This document shows, in pieces, positions 45,247 to 57,406 of a DNA stretch of 64,000 nucleotides. Position 1 is the stretch's first letter. Every line of letters begins with the position of its first letter. The position numbers and the translations under genes are program-made. Under the pieces are notes generated by a model that saw nothing but the letters and a program-made list of their open reading frames with translations, searched no databases and had not been told where the DNA came from. This DNA is from an uncultured Methanomassiliicoccales archaeon (lineage in GTDB: Archaea; Thermoplasmatota; Thermoplasmata; Methanomassiliicoccales; UBA472), in assembly GCA_963695345.1 (NCBI GenBank), contig OY968769.1, forward strand, positions 1,152,001-1,216,000, in the 5' to 3' direction.

Positions 45247-45629
45247 ATGAGGGGCGTCTTGATCTCCGGACAGACGCATTCCGGGGCCTTGAGACCAGTG
45301 TGGATCTCATAGACCTTCACCAGCATCCCGCTCTTCTTGACCATGTCGCAGATGCGGCATGTCTCCGTGACGATGTCCGACCCGTTCATGATGCGGACCG
45401 CCGCCACCTCGACCTCGCCCCTGAACTCCTCATACTTGCCGGAAGCCTCGATCTCCTTGCTGGTACCCCGCTTTGCCTTAAGGTATTGGGAAATCGCCGC
45501 GTCCGTCACGCCGAACCGCCTGGCCACTTCCGCCTGGCTGAGATGGTGCTTCTCGACCAGTTCTCTTGCGAGTTCTCTTCGGATCGAGGGAAGAACGTAC
45601 CAGACGATGAGCTCGCAGGGAATTTTCAT
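45243..45629 (-). CDS. HTH transcriptional regulator (COG2522/ThiR N-terminus-like)
   Basis: PCE...LPSIRRELA, LSQAEVARRFGVTDAAISQYL, CRIC. Confidence 0.82.
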   Translation of the reverse strand: MKIPCELIVWYVLPSIRRELARELVEKHHLSQAEVARRFGVTDAAISQYLKAKRGTSKEIEASGKYEEFRGEVEVAAVRIMNGSDIVTETCRICDMVKKSGMLVKVYEIHTGLKAPECVCPEIKTPLI

Positions 45630-45788
45630 GATTATCTTGGGAATATCGCAATACGATGGTTTAAACTATTGCTAAATTTCGCGGTGAGCATTACCCAGTT
45701 GTGGCTTGCCATGCCTCTCGGTCCGGTCGGGCGTCCTTTTCTGATGGCCCTGAACAGGCATGGGGATGGGCGCCCCCTTTAACGTTCC

Positions 45789-48700
45789 TCAATCCTCTTC
45801 GCCCAGATGTGTCTTCTCGAAGAACTCCTGTATCTCCCATTCGGCCAGGCGGTCCCCCTCATCGTCCCGAAGCGTGAGGCCGAGCGTACGGATGTGGTCG
45901 TTCAATGTCCGTCTCGTATCCCGATCGCCGATGAACTGGGTGACAACGATGTCCTTACCCCTGGTGCGCGCCTTGTACGCCGCCCTCATCTCCACCCCTT
46001 CGAAGATGACATTGCAGGTGCAGCCGAACTGGGCCCTGATCCAGGGATACTGGAGGTAAACGGCCAGGTTGTCATCGGAAGTGAGCACGAAGCGGCCTGG
46101 GATCTCGAGGTCCTTGATGGTGTCGACATCCTCGGCCAGCATCCAGTACATGGTGTCGTCTCCCTGCAGCAGGAACCCCTTGACCAGGAATCCGTCCTTT
46201 TCTAGCTCTGCCAGCATCGACCGTAGCTCGCGCATCGGCATGATGAAACCGAGGAAACGGGACAGGTTCTCGGCGCTGAACAGGCCGTAGTTGCGGAAGG
46301 TCATCCGCATGAGCTCCTTCCTTGCCTCGTGCGGCTGCATCTCATTGTCCGGGACCGGCCGGAGCAGGCCATGGGCATCGGCGTAGACGATCGTCGACCG
46401 GAGCAGCGCCCGGAGCGCGTCGTAGCTCCGGCGATGCCCCACCGGCGATAGGTCGAACAGCTTGTGCTTGCTGATGGGCGCCTCCTCCTCGATTATGCGC
46501 AGCAGGTTCGCCATGTCCGCCGTGGGCGTTTCGTTGCGTACCTTGCGATAGAGGGAGGCGTGCTCCAGCGAGGTGAAGGTGGAATACTCCGGTATCGCCC
46601 ATACCTTGATCAGGTTGCCCTGTTCGGCCAGCTTCTTCAGGGGTACCCTCACTTCCGAACGCAGGTAGGCGGCGGCGTCCGAACGCAGACCGCCCATGGA
46701 GCGGACCGCCTCGATCTCGTCCGGGTACCTCCTTCCACTCCCGATGTGCTGTTTGCTGAATAGATATGAGAACAGGTCCGTCCCGCTCACCTGCAGGGGG
46801 ACCATTTTCCCTTTGGCGTACATCCCATCGAACCTGACGTATCCTTTCGACCGGAGGACCAGGTCCGTCTCCTCGTCCAGGTCGTTGACCGGGGTCCCGA
46901 GCACCTCCCTGATGCGGACCACGTCGTATCCCACGAGCCCATAGTACTTCATCATGCCATCGATGGCGTCCAGGGCATCCGGGAGCAGCCTTGGGTCATC
47001 CAGGTCGAACGAGCGGACCTCGGTGCAGCCGCTCATCTCCCATTTCTCGATGGCCCCCACCAGCCGACCGTCCGCCAGGATCGGGAAGATCCACCCCTCG
47101 CCGTAGCGGGACGCTATCTCGGCCCACATCGGCTGGACGTCCGGATCGTAGAGCGAGACCACCCTTACCCCTTCCTCCGAATGCCTGAAATGGTCCAGCG
47201 CAGGCAATTCGTCCTCCAGCATGACCATCTCGGTGCGTGTCTCGCCCACTGAGATGGTGGCCACGTCCAGTTTCCTCAGCTTGTCCCGGACCTCGGCGGG
47301 CATCATGTTCAGCCCGGTGCCGATGGAATAGGGCTGTACCGGCCCATAGGCCCGCAGGTAACGCTCCACCAACTTGGCCGGGGCGTCGCCCCGGTATTCA
47401 TCCGGGTGGTAGGGGATGTAGATGTTCTCCCGGGCCCAGTCCTCCCCCTCCTCGTACTTTCGCACCAGGTAGAGGTTCCGGTCCAGCCGGTCGACCGCTT
47501 CCTTGAGGACCTCCTTGTCCATGCCAAGGCTGGAGGCCAGTTGCCTCAGGCTCATGCCATCGGCCAGATCCAGCTCGCGCAGTATCGTGTTGTCCAGGCC
47601 GCTCAGCTCCGAGTTGCGGAACATGGAGGCGTACATCGGTCCCTCGTCCGCCAGGACATAGCGGACCCTTCCCCGCATGAAGCGGCCGAGCAGCAGCTCA
47701 CCGTTCCGGCGCATTTCCTGCCAGTCACCGATATCGAACCCTTCCACGCGATTGAAGACGTCCAATGGCATGCCGGCCTCGCCGATGATGCGCATGCATT
47801 CCACTATGGAGCGGAACGGACCATGGGTCTTCTGGCGCCGGTACGATTCGACGGTGCGGTTGTCATATGACGACAGATTGCTGCTCCGGAGGCGCAGATG
47901 GTCCCGTTTCAGCATGTACTGCGTTCCTTCGGAAATGACGAACTTTCCTTCGTCGATGATGCCCTCCTCCACCAGGTCCATGATCGCCCGCTTGGTCTCC
48001 ATCTCGTTCAGGTTGAAGGCGTAGGCCATCTCCTCGACCGTGGCCGGGGCCCATAGCTCCAGGTAGGTGGTGAGCACGTGGTCCAGCGCCTCCTGCCGGG
48101 ACAGGGGCGGGACCGTCCTCGCCAGGTAGGTCCATTTGCCATCGGTGTATCGCGGACGTTCGATCCGGAACGAGGATTCCAGGTTCCTCAGGGCACGTTG
48201 CAGCTTGGTCGGTTCCGCCTGGGCGAATGTCTCGATCTGCCTGTGGGTCCGTTCTTCCTCCAGGAATGCCAGGATCCGCTGCTCCAGCTCTCCGAACGGA
48301 CGCTCCCGGCGCAGCACCTCGGCGTAGTAAGGCAACTGCTCCGCCGCCACGAACATGGTGTCCTCGTTGAACACGGAGACGATCTTCCTTTCGGCCAGCA
48401 GCTCCTCCGCCCAGCGGTCTATCTGTTCCCGGGCGGGGGAGCTGAAGGGATAAACGCTCCTCCCCTTCTCCTTGAAGATGTGCATCGGCCCAGCGCGACG
48501 CAGCAGTTCAAGGATGCCTCGCCTTGTCCTCGACCGCCCCCACCTTCCGGCGGAAATATGTGGCCACCTGCTCCTCCTCGAACTCGAACTCCTTGGCCTC
48601 GGCCCCCATGACCTTAGACAGCACCTTGCGGTGCAATTGCTTCAGCAAGGAGCTCCGGTCCTCCATCAGGACGATGTCCGAGGTACCGGCCAGGACCACG

Positions 48701-51175
48701 TTGGCCGCGAACGGGGACGGTGTGCCGGAGTAGGGGATGAACGACAGCTGGTCATCTCCCCGCGTTCCAGCTGCTCCAGGATGCCCTTGGCGTTCTGGAT
48801 GTCCATCACGTCCTCCAGTATCTCCCGGAAGGTCTCCTCGATGACCGGAACCCCCTCGGCGGAGATGAGGTAGTCCAGAAGATACTGCGAACGCACCTGC
48901 TGGCGGTTCACCGACACCTCGCGTCCCTTGTAGTTGCGCAGTATCATGAACGAACGGGCGGCGGTGTGCCGGAAACGCTGCTTGAACAGTTCCGAGTCCT
49001 TGACCGCCCGGCGCAGCACGTTGTCCAGGTTCAGGCTGGAGACCATGTCCTTGACCGATTCCAGGTCGATGCCCTCTCTGCGTCGTGACCATGAAGGCGT
49101 CGTCGACGATGGAGACGGACACGTTGCCTCCCAGACGTTGGGTCAGCTCGAAGGCGTAGGCCCGGGAAAGGGCGTCGTTGACCCTCCTGCCGAACGGAAA
49201 ATGGAAGATGAGCGAGGAGTTGTCGGCCATGTCCCGGTAGCCTTCGATCGCCAGGACCTTGTCGTCCGGAATCTGGGCGATCTTCTTCTGTTCCCGGAAA
49301 TATGACAGGATCGATCGGGCCGATCCGGTATCGATGTCGAAATCTTCCACCAGCCATTCGATGGTCTTGCCTTCCGGATCATCCAGTCGACCGGCCATCT
49401 CCCGGCGGAAGCGGGCGATCTCCATGGACAGGTCGAACGAACGCGGAAGCATCTCCCCGGTCCAGGACGGAACGGTGGGCTTCCGGCCGGAGGCGGATTT
49501 GACGAAGGCCTTCATGCCCTTGGCCCGTACGAACTCGTACGAGCGTCCGCCCAGAACGAACACGTCCCTGGTCGCCAGCCGTTCCACGAACTTCTCCGAC
49601 AGGTCGCCTATGAGTGAGCCCTTTTCGGTGAAGACCTTGTAGTGGGCCTCCTCGGGGATGGTGCCCAGGTTCATGAAATAGATCATCCGGGCGCCTTTCT
49701 TCTTGCCGAAGCGCATCTCCGCCTCATCGTACCAGATCTTGGAGTACACCCCTTCGAAGGCGTCCCTCGATCCAAGATAGCGCAGCACCTCCATGTACTG
49801 CTGCCGGGGCAGGTTGCGGTAGCAATGCGAGCGCTTGATCGCCTCGTACGCCTCCTCCACCTCCCAGCGCTTCTCCAGCGACATTCCGACGATGCTTTGC
49901 GCCAGGACATCCAGGCAGTTCTCCGGGATGGTCACCCGGTCGATGTTCCGGTCATGCGCCGCACGGCACAGCACCGCACATTCCACCAGGTCGTCCAGGT
50001 CGAAGACCAGCATGCGGCCTTTTGGCGTCTTGCCGTGGGAATGGCCGGAACGCCCGATCCTCTGCAGGCCCTTGGCGACGCTCTTCGGCGAGCCTATCTG
50101 GCACACCAGGTCCACCGAGCCTATGTCGATGCCCAGCTCGAGTGAGGTCGAGGATACGACGCAGCGGAGCTCGCCGTTCTTCAGCCGGTCCTCGACGTCC
50201 AGCCGGCTCTCCTTGCTGAGCGATCCGTGGTGCGCCTCGATGCTTTCCACCCCCCGCTCCTTGAGCTTGAAGACCACCGATTCCGTGCCGCTCCTGGTGT
50301 TGGTGAAGATGAGGGTGGTCTCGTGCTCCTCGATCATGTCCCGGAGCATATCGTACATCTTGGCGTTCACGATCTCGTACGGCAGCGTCGTGATGTCCTC
50401 GGTGGGGCAGATGACCTGGAGGTCCAGGTTCCTCTTGGTCTTGATCTCGATCAGATGACAGTTCCGCATCTGACCGTTCTCGTAGCCGACCAGATAGGAG
50501 GCGATGTGCTCGATCGGCGCCAGTGTGGCGGACAGGCCGATCCGGGTGATGGGGTTCGGGCACAGTGATTGCAGCCTCTCGGTCGTCAGCGAAAGGTGCA
50601 CGCCGCGCTTGGAATCGCAGACCTCGTGTATCTCGTCGATTATCAGATACTCGACGCCAGCGAACTTCTCCCGGAACTTCGGGGCGGCCAGCACCATGGC
50701 CAGAGACTCCGGTGTGGTGATGAAGATGTGGGGCGGCTTGCGCAACTGCTTCTGACGTTCCGCCTGCGAAGTGTCCCCGGAACGAACACCCACCCGTATC
50801 TTGGGAGCCTCCATGCCTTTCTGCACCGCCAGGTCGTTGATCTGCTGCAGCGGTTCCTCGAGGTTCTTGTTGATGTCGTTGGCCAGCGCCTTCAACGGCG
50901 AGATATAGACCGCGTAGATCTTGTCCTCCAGCTTGCCATCCTTGGCATACTTGAAGAGCTCGTTGATGATCGAAGTGAACGCCGTCAGCGTCTTGCCCGA
51001 GCCGGTGGGCGATGAGACTAGGACGTTCTTCCGCTCATGGATCAGCGGGATCGCGTATGATTGCGGTTCGGTAAGATCATCGAACCGGGAATCGAACCAT
51101 TCGGCCACCAGCGGGTCCATCAAATTCAGGAAATCCCGTTTGGACAGCCTCTTGGTTAACTCTTACCAATGACAT
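45789..51175 (-). CDS. lhr: Long Lhr helicase (about 1750 aa) with an extended C-terminal winged-helix/AlkZ-like region (several indels)
   Basis: SPTGSGKT, DEIH, GLSAT, QRIGRSGH, VPSWTGE; C-terminal repeats (YLELWAPAT, YLRAYGPV, LYDP...FPILADGRLVG). Confidence 0.88.
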
Positions 51176-51388
51176 CTTTTGGCCCTCAAATCGGCTTCAA
51201 TCCGGCATCAATGTATTACTACCTTTTGTCCGGTACATCGAAAATGACTTATGATGTTCTTGATTGGGCGTCGCCAGGATAGATCGTCTTGATTCGTTGG
51301 GGAACCGTGCATAGAGCTTCGACCTAGCAAAGGACTGGCATTTCGCATTGGGTTATTTTGAAATAAGGTGGGCTCAGACAGCACTGTC

Positions 51389-51769
51389 ATGAAGCAATCG
51401 GTGATCATCGGTATCGTGGTCGTCGTGGCAATTGTCATCGTCGCCGGCGTCCTTCTTGGAATGCAGAACAGCGGGAACAACGACAACGCCCCTTCGGGGG
51501 ACAATCCGGTGCGCATCGCTGATTTCGCATACTCGCCGGCAGTGATCGTGGTGCATATCAACGACACCGTTACCTGGAGGAACAACGATGGGGTCGTGCA
51601 CACCGTGACCAGCGATTCGAACTCCACCATTGCGTTCGACAGTGGCAACATGGGCCCCGGTTCCACCTACGCGTTCACTTTCACCCAGGCGGGTGACTTC
51701 TGGTACCTCTGCACCCCCCATCCCAGCATGGCCCACGCCATGGTCAGGGTGCTTCCCGCGGCGGGGTAG
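51389..51769 (+). CDS. Membrane-anchored cupredoxin (plastocyanin/amicyanin-like)
   Basis: N-terminal TM helix; AYSP, VTWRNNDGVVHTVT and YLCTPHPSM type-1 copper ligands. Confidence 0.88.
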   Translation: MKQSVIIGIVVVVAIVIVAGVLLGMQNSGNNDNAPSGDNPVRIADFAYSPAVIVVHINDTVTWRNNDGVVHTVTSDSNSTIAFDSGNMGPGSTYAFTFTQAGDFWYLCTPHPSMAHAMVRVLPAAG

Positions 51770-51846
51770 GTCCGGCTAGGCAGTTCTGCGGAAATGCGGA
51801 GCCCTCACCAAAACGTTTTACGTAGAATTGCCCATGTGCAGGCAAG

Positions 51847-52860
51847 ATGAGAAGAATAGCGACGCTGTTGATCATGGTCGCGCTGCTAGTGTGCGCCATA
51901 CCGGTCCTGACCTCCCCGGCATCATCGGCCACGGTTGGACAGGGTTTTTACGGTTCCGTCCTCAATGACAGCGGCGCTCCCATGTCCGGGGTCATAATAA
52001 CAGCCCGGAACACAACCACCGACGCGTCATTGACCACAATAACGAATTCCGTCGGGGACTATGCGCTCACCATCCCGTTGGGCACCTACAACGTGTCGGC
52101 AGCGATCACCAATTACATTGCTAACACCACCTATGTCGATAAGGTCATTTCATCGGGAGGGGCGGTCGAGCTCAACTTCACCATGTCCGAGATCCTCGGC
52201 GCCCTTAACGGCTTCGTGACCGACGGTGTGGCGCCAGTGAACGGCGTGACCGTCGTCCTGGCCAACGAACAGAGGAACTACACCGCCACCACGGTGGCGC
52301 CGTTGGGCGAGTATCGGATAGCCAAGATCCGGCCCGGAGTATACGTGGCCACGTTCACGAAGTTGGGGTACGACCGCACCAACACACTCCCCCTGGAGAT
52401 CACCCGGGGGGTCACGACGCTGAAGAACGCCTCGATGCAGGCCCAGCCCTGCACACTGTTCGGCCATGTGACGGAGAATGGCAATCCTCAGGACGGAGTG
52501 ACCATCACCGCCCGGGGACAGGACACGGTAAAGACCGGCACCACCGACGCCAACGGCAATTACAGCATCCAGCTGACATCAGATACCTATACGGTGACAT
52601 TCACCAAGAGTGACTATGACGCGAAGGATGTGGCCGTATCCCTGGCGCCTTTCGAGGACCGGCAATTGGATGTCTCCATCGTCAAGTCCAAGAGCGACAA
52701 CACGACGACCTACCTGTTCGGATTCGATCTTCCTCATTCCCTGATGGTCATCGGCCTGATCCTGGCCCTGGTGACCATCTGCGCCGCCCTGTTCATCAAC
52801 TTCAAGGTGCGCAAGGACCCGGAACTGCTGGGCCAAGACCCGCAGGATGAGAAAAAGTAG
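51847..52860 (+). CDS. Secreted, membrane-anchored protein with three carboxypeptidase-regulatory-like domains
   Basis: Signal peptide, three G-x-V...T...G-x-Y...Y repeats and a C-terminal TM helix. Confidence 0.82.
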   Translation: MRRIATLLIMVALLVCAIPVLTSPASSATVGQGFYGSVLNDSGAPMSGVIITARNTTTDASLTTITNSVGDYALTIPLGTYNVSAAITNYIANTTYVDKVISSGGAVELNFTMSEILGALNGFVTDGVAPVNGVTVVLANEQRNYTATTVAPLGEYRIAKIRPGVYVATFTKLGYDRTNTLPLEITRGVTTLKNASMQAQPCTLFGHVTENGNPQDGVTITARGQDTVKTGTTDANGNYSIQLTSDTYTVTFTKSDYDAKDVAVSLAPFEDRQLDVSIVKSKSDNTTTYLFGFDLPHSLMVIGLILALVTICAALFINFKVRKDPELLGQDPQDEKK

Positions 52861-52863
52861 CGG

Positions 52864-53457
52864 TCAGAGCCCCATATCCTTCCGGATCTGTTCGAGATTG
52901 GCCCTTACCTTCTCATCGACCTTTTCATACAGGCTTCGCCCCTGGGCATCGATGGCGACGATCAGGGGACCGAACCCTCTTGCCTCCAGATGCCACACTG
53001 CTTCCGGCATGCCCAGGTCCAACCAGTGGACCGATTCCACCCTGGCTATTCCTTCTGAGGCGATGACGGCCGCCCCGCCGGTGAATGCCAGATAGACGCA
53101 TCCATGCTCTTTCATCGCCTCGACGGTGGGCTTTGACATCCCGCCCTTGCCGATGATCGCCCTGATGCCGAACGCCCTGATGAACTCGGGCTCTATCATG
53201 TTCATGCGTGAACTGGTGGTCGGACCGGCCGCCACCAGTTTCCAGCCTTCACCATCACGGACCATGATCGGTCCGCAATGATAGACCGCCATGCCCCGAA
53301 GGTCGAACGGGAGGGGTTCTCCCCTCTCGTGCATCTCCAGCGCTTTGAGATGAGCCTCATCCCTGGCGGTGAACACGGGACCGGAAAGCAGTACTTCGTC
53401 CCCCGCATTGAGCGACCGGACCTCTTCCTCCGACAACGGAGTTGATAGCATCCTCAT
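52864..53457 (-). CDS. Class I fumarate hydratase / tartrate dehydratase beta subunit
   Basis: TARDEAH, YHCGP, AGPTTSSRM, GKGG, GMPEA, GPLIVAID. Confidence 0.9.
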   Translation of the reverse strand: MRMLSTPLSEEEVRSLNAGDEVLLSGPVFTARDEAHLKALEMHERGEPLPFDLRGMAVYHCGPIMVRDGEGWKLVAAGPTTSSRMNMIEPEFIRAFGIRAIIGKGGMSKPTVEAMKEHGCVYLAFTGGAAVIASEGIARVESVHWLDLGMPEAVWHLEARGFGPLIVAIDAQGRSLYEKVDEKVRANLEQIRKDMGL

Positions 53458-54338
53458 AGGAACCCCTCCGTCGAGAAAACGGCTCGACCGTCCGGAAATA
53501 TCCTGACCGACGCCCTCCTGGCCGCCCAGCATTGCATGCTGATGGCTACTGGCAGCGATGCCGTGTGACATGAGGCGGATTCTATGCAGACGCCCAGGAC
53601 CGTGCTCCTGCCGCCGAGCCCCATCGGCCCTATGCCGGTCCGGTTCAGCGCCTCCATCATTTCCTCTTCGATATGGCACAACGAAGCGTCCTCGTTCCGC
53701 CGGTGCACCGGGCGGAGCAGCGCCTTCTTTGCCAGGTGGCAGGCCAGATCGGCCGTTCCCCCGATGCCCACCCCGACAATGATCGGCGGGCACGGCTTCC
53801 CCCCGGCGGCCACCACGGTATCCAGGATGAACTCCTTGATGCCTTTGACCCCCTGGGATGGGGTCAGCATGCGCAGGGCGGACATGTTCTCGGATCCCGC
53901 CCCCTTCATCATCAGCGTGATGTCCGTATGCTCTTGTTCGGTAGGCTCGAAATGGATCAGAGGCATCATGTCCCCGAGGTTGTTGCCGCCGTTCCTTCTG
54001 GTGATGGGATCCACAACGTTCGGCCGCAGCGGTATCGTCCTGGTGGCCTTCTCCACGCCCCTTCTTATGGCCGGGATGATCCCGCTATCGCAATGACCGG
54101 ATATGTAGAACAGGGGAAGGCCAGTATCTTGGCACATGGGCAGGATGCGCATCTCGCCCAGCTCGACGTTCTTGAGTATGGTGTCCAATTGCACCTTGGC
54201 GACCGGTTCGGTCTCCGACCCCCGGGCCCGCTCCAGCGCACCCAGTACATCGGCCGGAAGGGTGGTGGCGGCCGTCCTCAGAAGTCGGACGGTGACCTCC
54301 TCGATGAGTTCGTCATTGTGGTGCATCGGGTCCGACAT
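53454..54338 (-). CDS. Class I fumarate hydratase / tartrate dehydratase alpha subunit
   Basis: PMCQDTG, KGAGSEN, GKPCPP, GIGPMGLGG, HTASLPVA, QCWAAR. Confidence 0.9.
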   Translation of the reverse strand: MSDPMHHNDELIEEVTVRLLRTAATTLPADVLGALERARGSETEPVAKVQLDTILKNVELGEMRILPMCQDTGLPLFYISGHCDSGIIPAIRRGVEKATRTIPLRPNVVDPITRRNGGNNLGDMMPLIHFEPTEQEHTDITLMMKGAGSENMSALRMLTPSQGVKGIKEFILDTVVAAGGKPCPPIIVGVGIGGTADLACHLAKKALLRPVHRRNEDASLCHIEEEMMEALNRTGIGPMGLGGRSTVLGVCIESASCHTASLPVAISMQCWAARRASVRIFPDGRAVFSTEGFL

Positions 54339-54453
54339 CGTTGCCAGAAGTCATAACATTTGCCGTGCCCGACAAGGATATTATTATATTTTCCATCATA
54401 TTCACAAAGTTCATATAGCTACGGGTTCTGCTGAGATTCCAGGGATTGATCAA

Positions 54454-55393
54454 ATGGAGTTTCCTATTGAGTTAGAGAACCTGGTCAAGGATTATCGGGG
54501 AGGATTCAGGGCGGTGGATTCGCTCACCCTGAAGGTCCCCCATAAGTCCTTCCTTGGTTTCCTCGGACCGAACGGGGCGGGAAAGACCACCACCATCAAG
54601 GTCCTGACCAACATGCTGGTCGCGACGTCTGGAAGGGCATCACTGAACGGAATAGACGTCACCGAGAACCCGAAGATGGCACTCGCGGACGTCGGAGCCG
54701 TGGTCGAGACACCGGAGTTCTACCCGTACCTCACACCGGTCGAGACGCTGGAGTACCTGGGGCAGCTCCGTGGCATGTCCATGACGGACATCCGCAGGCG
54801 ATCGAAGGATGTGCTCGAGGTCGTCAAGATGACCGAGTGGCAGGACAAGCGCATCGGCAAGTTCTCCAAAGGGCATGAAACAGCGGCTGGCCATCGCCCA
54901 GGCGCTGTTGCACGAACCGAGCGTCATCGTCCTGGACGAGCCGACGTCCGGTCTGGACCCGCGCGGGATGTTCGAGATGCGCGAGGTGCTGCGCGAGCTG
55001 AAGAAAGGAGATTACACCGTATTCATGTCATCGCACCTGATGAATGAGGTGCAGGAGGTCTGCTCCGACGTCGCCCTGATAAACCGGGGCAAGCTGCTGA
55101 AATCCGGCAGTGTGGAATCGCTCCTTAGCGAGTTCCGGGGCAAGAAGATCGAGGTCCGGACCATAAAGAAGGTGGAACCGGCCGACTTCGTGAACGTGAG
55201 CAAGATATCCGGCGTGCAGGGGATAAATACCATGGGGGACAACGCTTTCTCGATGGATTTCAACGGCGGGGACGAGGAGCAATCGCGACTTCTCCTGGAT
55301 CTGCAATCGATCGGACTGAAGATAGTGACCTTCAAAGAGAGCGGAATGGCGCTGGAGGCGCTGTACATGTCTCTCATCAAGGACTCGAGGTGA
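54454..55393 (+). CDS. ABC transporter ATP-binding protein (ABC-2 type; indel near 54870)
   Basis: GPNGAGKTT, FSKG(M)KQR, LDEPTSGLDP, SSH. Confidence 0.92.
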
Positions 55394-55397
55394 TCCC

Positions 55398-56243
55398 ATG
55401 GCAGATCTTTACAATATCAACAAGGACCTGACGGTCGAGGTACCGTCAGATGTCGAACAGGTCTTCCTCGTGGCTAAGTACGACATACTGAAGCATATCC
55501 GCTCCAAGCGCCTTCTGGCGATCGGCATAATCATCGGGCTGGTGCTCGTGCTCGTCACCTTCCTGGGAACCCTGAACAACCCTGACCCGCACAACGCCGC
55601 CAGATTCGTCGGCAACTACGCGGGGTTCGCGAACACCATGATCATCATCGGTGTGACGCTCTTCGCCGGGGACGCGATCGTCTCGGAGTTCCAGAACCGG
55701 ACGGGCTATCTCCTGTTTCCGAACCCGGTGAAGAAATCCAGCCTCTACGCGGGGAAGTTCCTGGCATCGGTAGGCGTCATGACCTTCGTGATCGTGGCCT
55801 ACTACGTGGTGGCGATGGTCATAGGCCTGGCATATACCGGTAACTTCACCGAGCTGGCCATCTACTCGATGTTGCTGGCGATCCTGTATGGTGCGGCAGC
55901 GACGGGACTGGCCTTCCTGATCTCGTCGGTCCTGAAGACGTCCACGGCGGCACTGGTGCTGACCTTCTTCATGCTGTTCATGATCCTGTCGTTGGTAACG
56001 GCGGTCGGTTCCATTGCTGGATTCAAGCCAGACGGTGAATTGACCTTCGCCGGCGGGACCATCTCGTACATCATGCAGACCCCTTATCCGGTGGATTCGG
56101 TGATTGATGTGCCGGGAGCGGGTTTCGTGATCCATACCTACATCCCGGATGTCGGTCTGTCCATCGCCGTCATGATCGTCTGGCTGATCGTTACCGCCGC
56201 CATAGGCTATGTGGCGTTCAGCCGCCGGGAAATGGTCAGCTGA
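55398..56243 (+). CDS. ABC-2 type transporter permease
   Basis: About six TM helices, DAIVSEFQNRTG...PV...GKF, C-terminal FSRRE. Confidence 0.88.
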   Translation: MADLYNINKDLTVEVPSDVEQVFLVAKYDILKHIRSKRLLAIGIIIGLVLVLVTFLGTLNNPDPHNAARFVGNYAGFANTMIIIGVTLFAGDAIVSEFQNRTGYLLFPNPVKKSSLYAGKFLASVGVMTFVIVAYYVVAMVIGLAYTGNFTELAIYSMLLAILYGAAATGLAFLISSVLKTSTAALVLTFFMLFMILSLVTAVGSIAGFKPDGELTFAGGTISYIMQTPYPVDSVIDVPGAGFVIHTYIPDVGLSIAVMIVWLIVTAAIGYVAFSRREMVS

Positions 56244-56364
56244 TTCGGCCTATCCGAAACCTCTTTCCGTCAATTTTTCTGATTCTTTGTATCGTTGACA
56301 AACAGCTCGAGAACCGGATATGAAAGACAGAAAGAAAGGTCGGACGCAAGCGTCCGGCTTCGGG

Positions 56365-57405
56365 TCACTTCGGCAGAAGGTACAGCTCTTCCTCGTACTG
56401 GAAGACCTTGACCGTCTCGCCTTTGGTCTTGTACCGCTGCGGCTTGCGCAGTTCGACCGGCTTGAATGTGACCGGATGCATTATCTGCAGCTCGCGGTCG
56501 GTTTCCGTGAGCACCACCACGTCCAGCATCTCCTCCCGCTTGCCGATGACCCGCGCGTCGGTCATGTCCCCGTTGCTCATGGTGAACGATTCGGAGGACT
56601 TGAGCTCGGTGATCTTCGTGTTCGTGGAGTGTATCGCACCGACCAGGTACATCTTCTTGCCGAACATGACCACGTCCCCGTAGCGGTACGCCGGTAACCG
56701 AATCAGATAGGTCATGCGGTAAACGTCGTGCCCGTCCTTCTGGGTCAGCAGTTTGGCCGTCTCCTTGACCTCCGCCCCGTACATTTCCGCAAGGTCGTGC
56801 GTGAGCGTCTTCCCTAGCGCCTGGCTGGAGAGGTTGATGTCCGACCCGCCGTTGGCCCCGGGGACCAGGGTGATCTTGCTGATGAACATCTCCCGGTTCT
56901 CGGTGCCGATCTCCTTGACCATCTTGGAGACGCGGTTGACGATCTCCTCCAGCTCGTTCTTGTCGAACTTACGGTCCCGGGTGCGTATCTGCAGGGTCGC
57001 CTCGTAGTAGTTGCCCTGTGATCTTGGAGCACTTGCCGCAGACGTTCGTCTTCACCCGCACTATGGTGTCCAGCTCCTCACGGGTGGTGAACCCGCGGTA
57101 GGTGACGGTGAGGTCCAGGTGAACTCGATAGTTGGCCTTGTCCCGGGCGATCACCGACGTCTTGATGTTGTCGATGTCCGCGCTCTTTCATCAGGCAGAT
57201 TGCCGGATATCGCCGCCTCCTGGGCCGCGATCTCGACCTTGTAACCGTGCCATTTATTGTTCACCTGGAAATCGGAGCAGTGAACGCACTGGAACAGGTT
57301 GACGTGGTCGGCGAGCGTGGTGAAGCGCTTGTTCTTCATGAAGCACTCCGAGCACACCGACTCGAAGACCTCGCCCTCTTTCCCGCATTTAACGCAGAAC
57401 GACAT
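56365..57405 (-). CDS. nmd3: NMD3 family ribosome biogenesis protein (indels near 57015 and 57150-57200)
   Basis: FCVKCG...CSEC, CVHC, CGKCS...NYYEATLQIR, C-terminal OB-like domain. Confidence 0.85.
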
Positions 57406-57406
57406 C

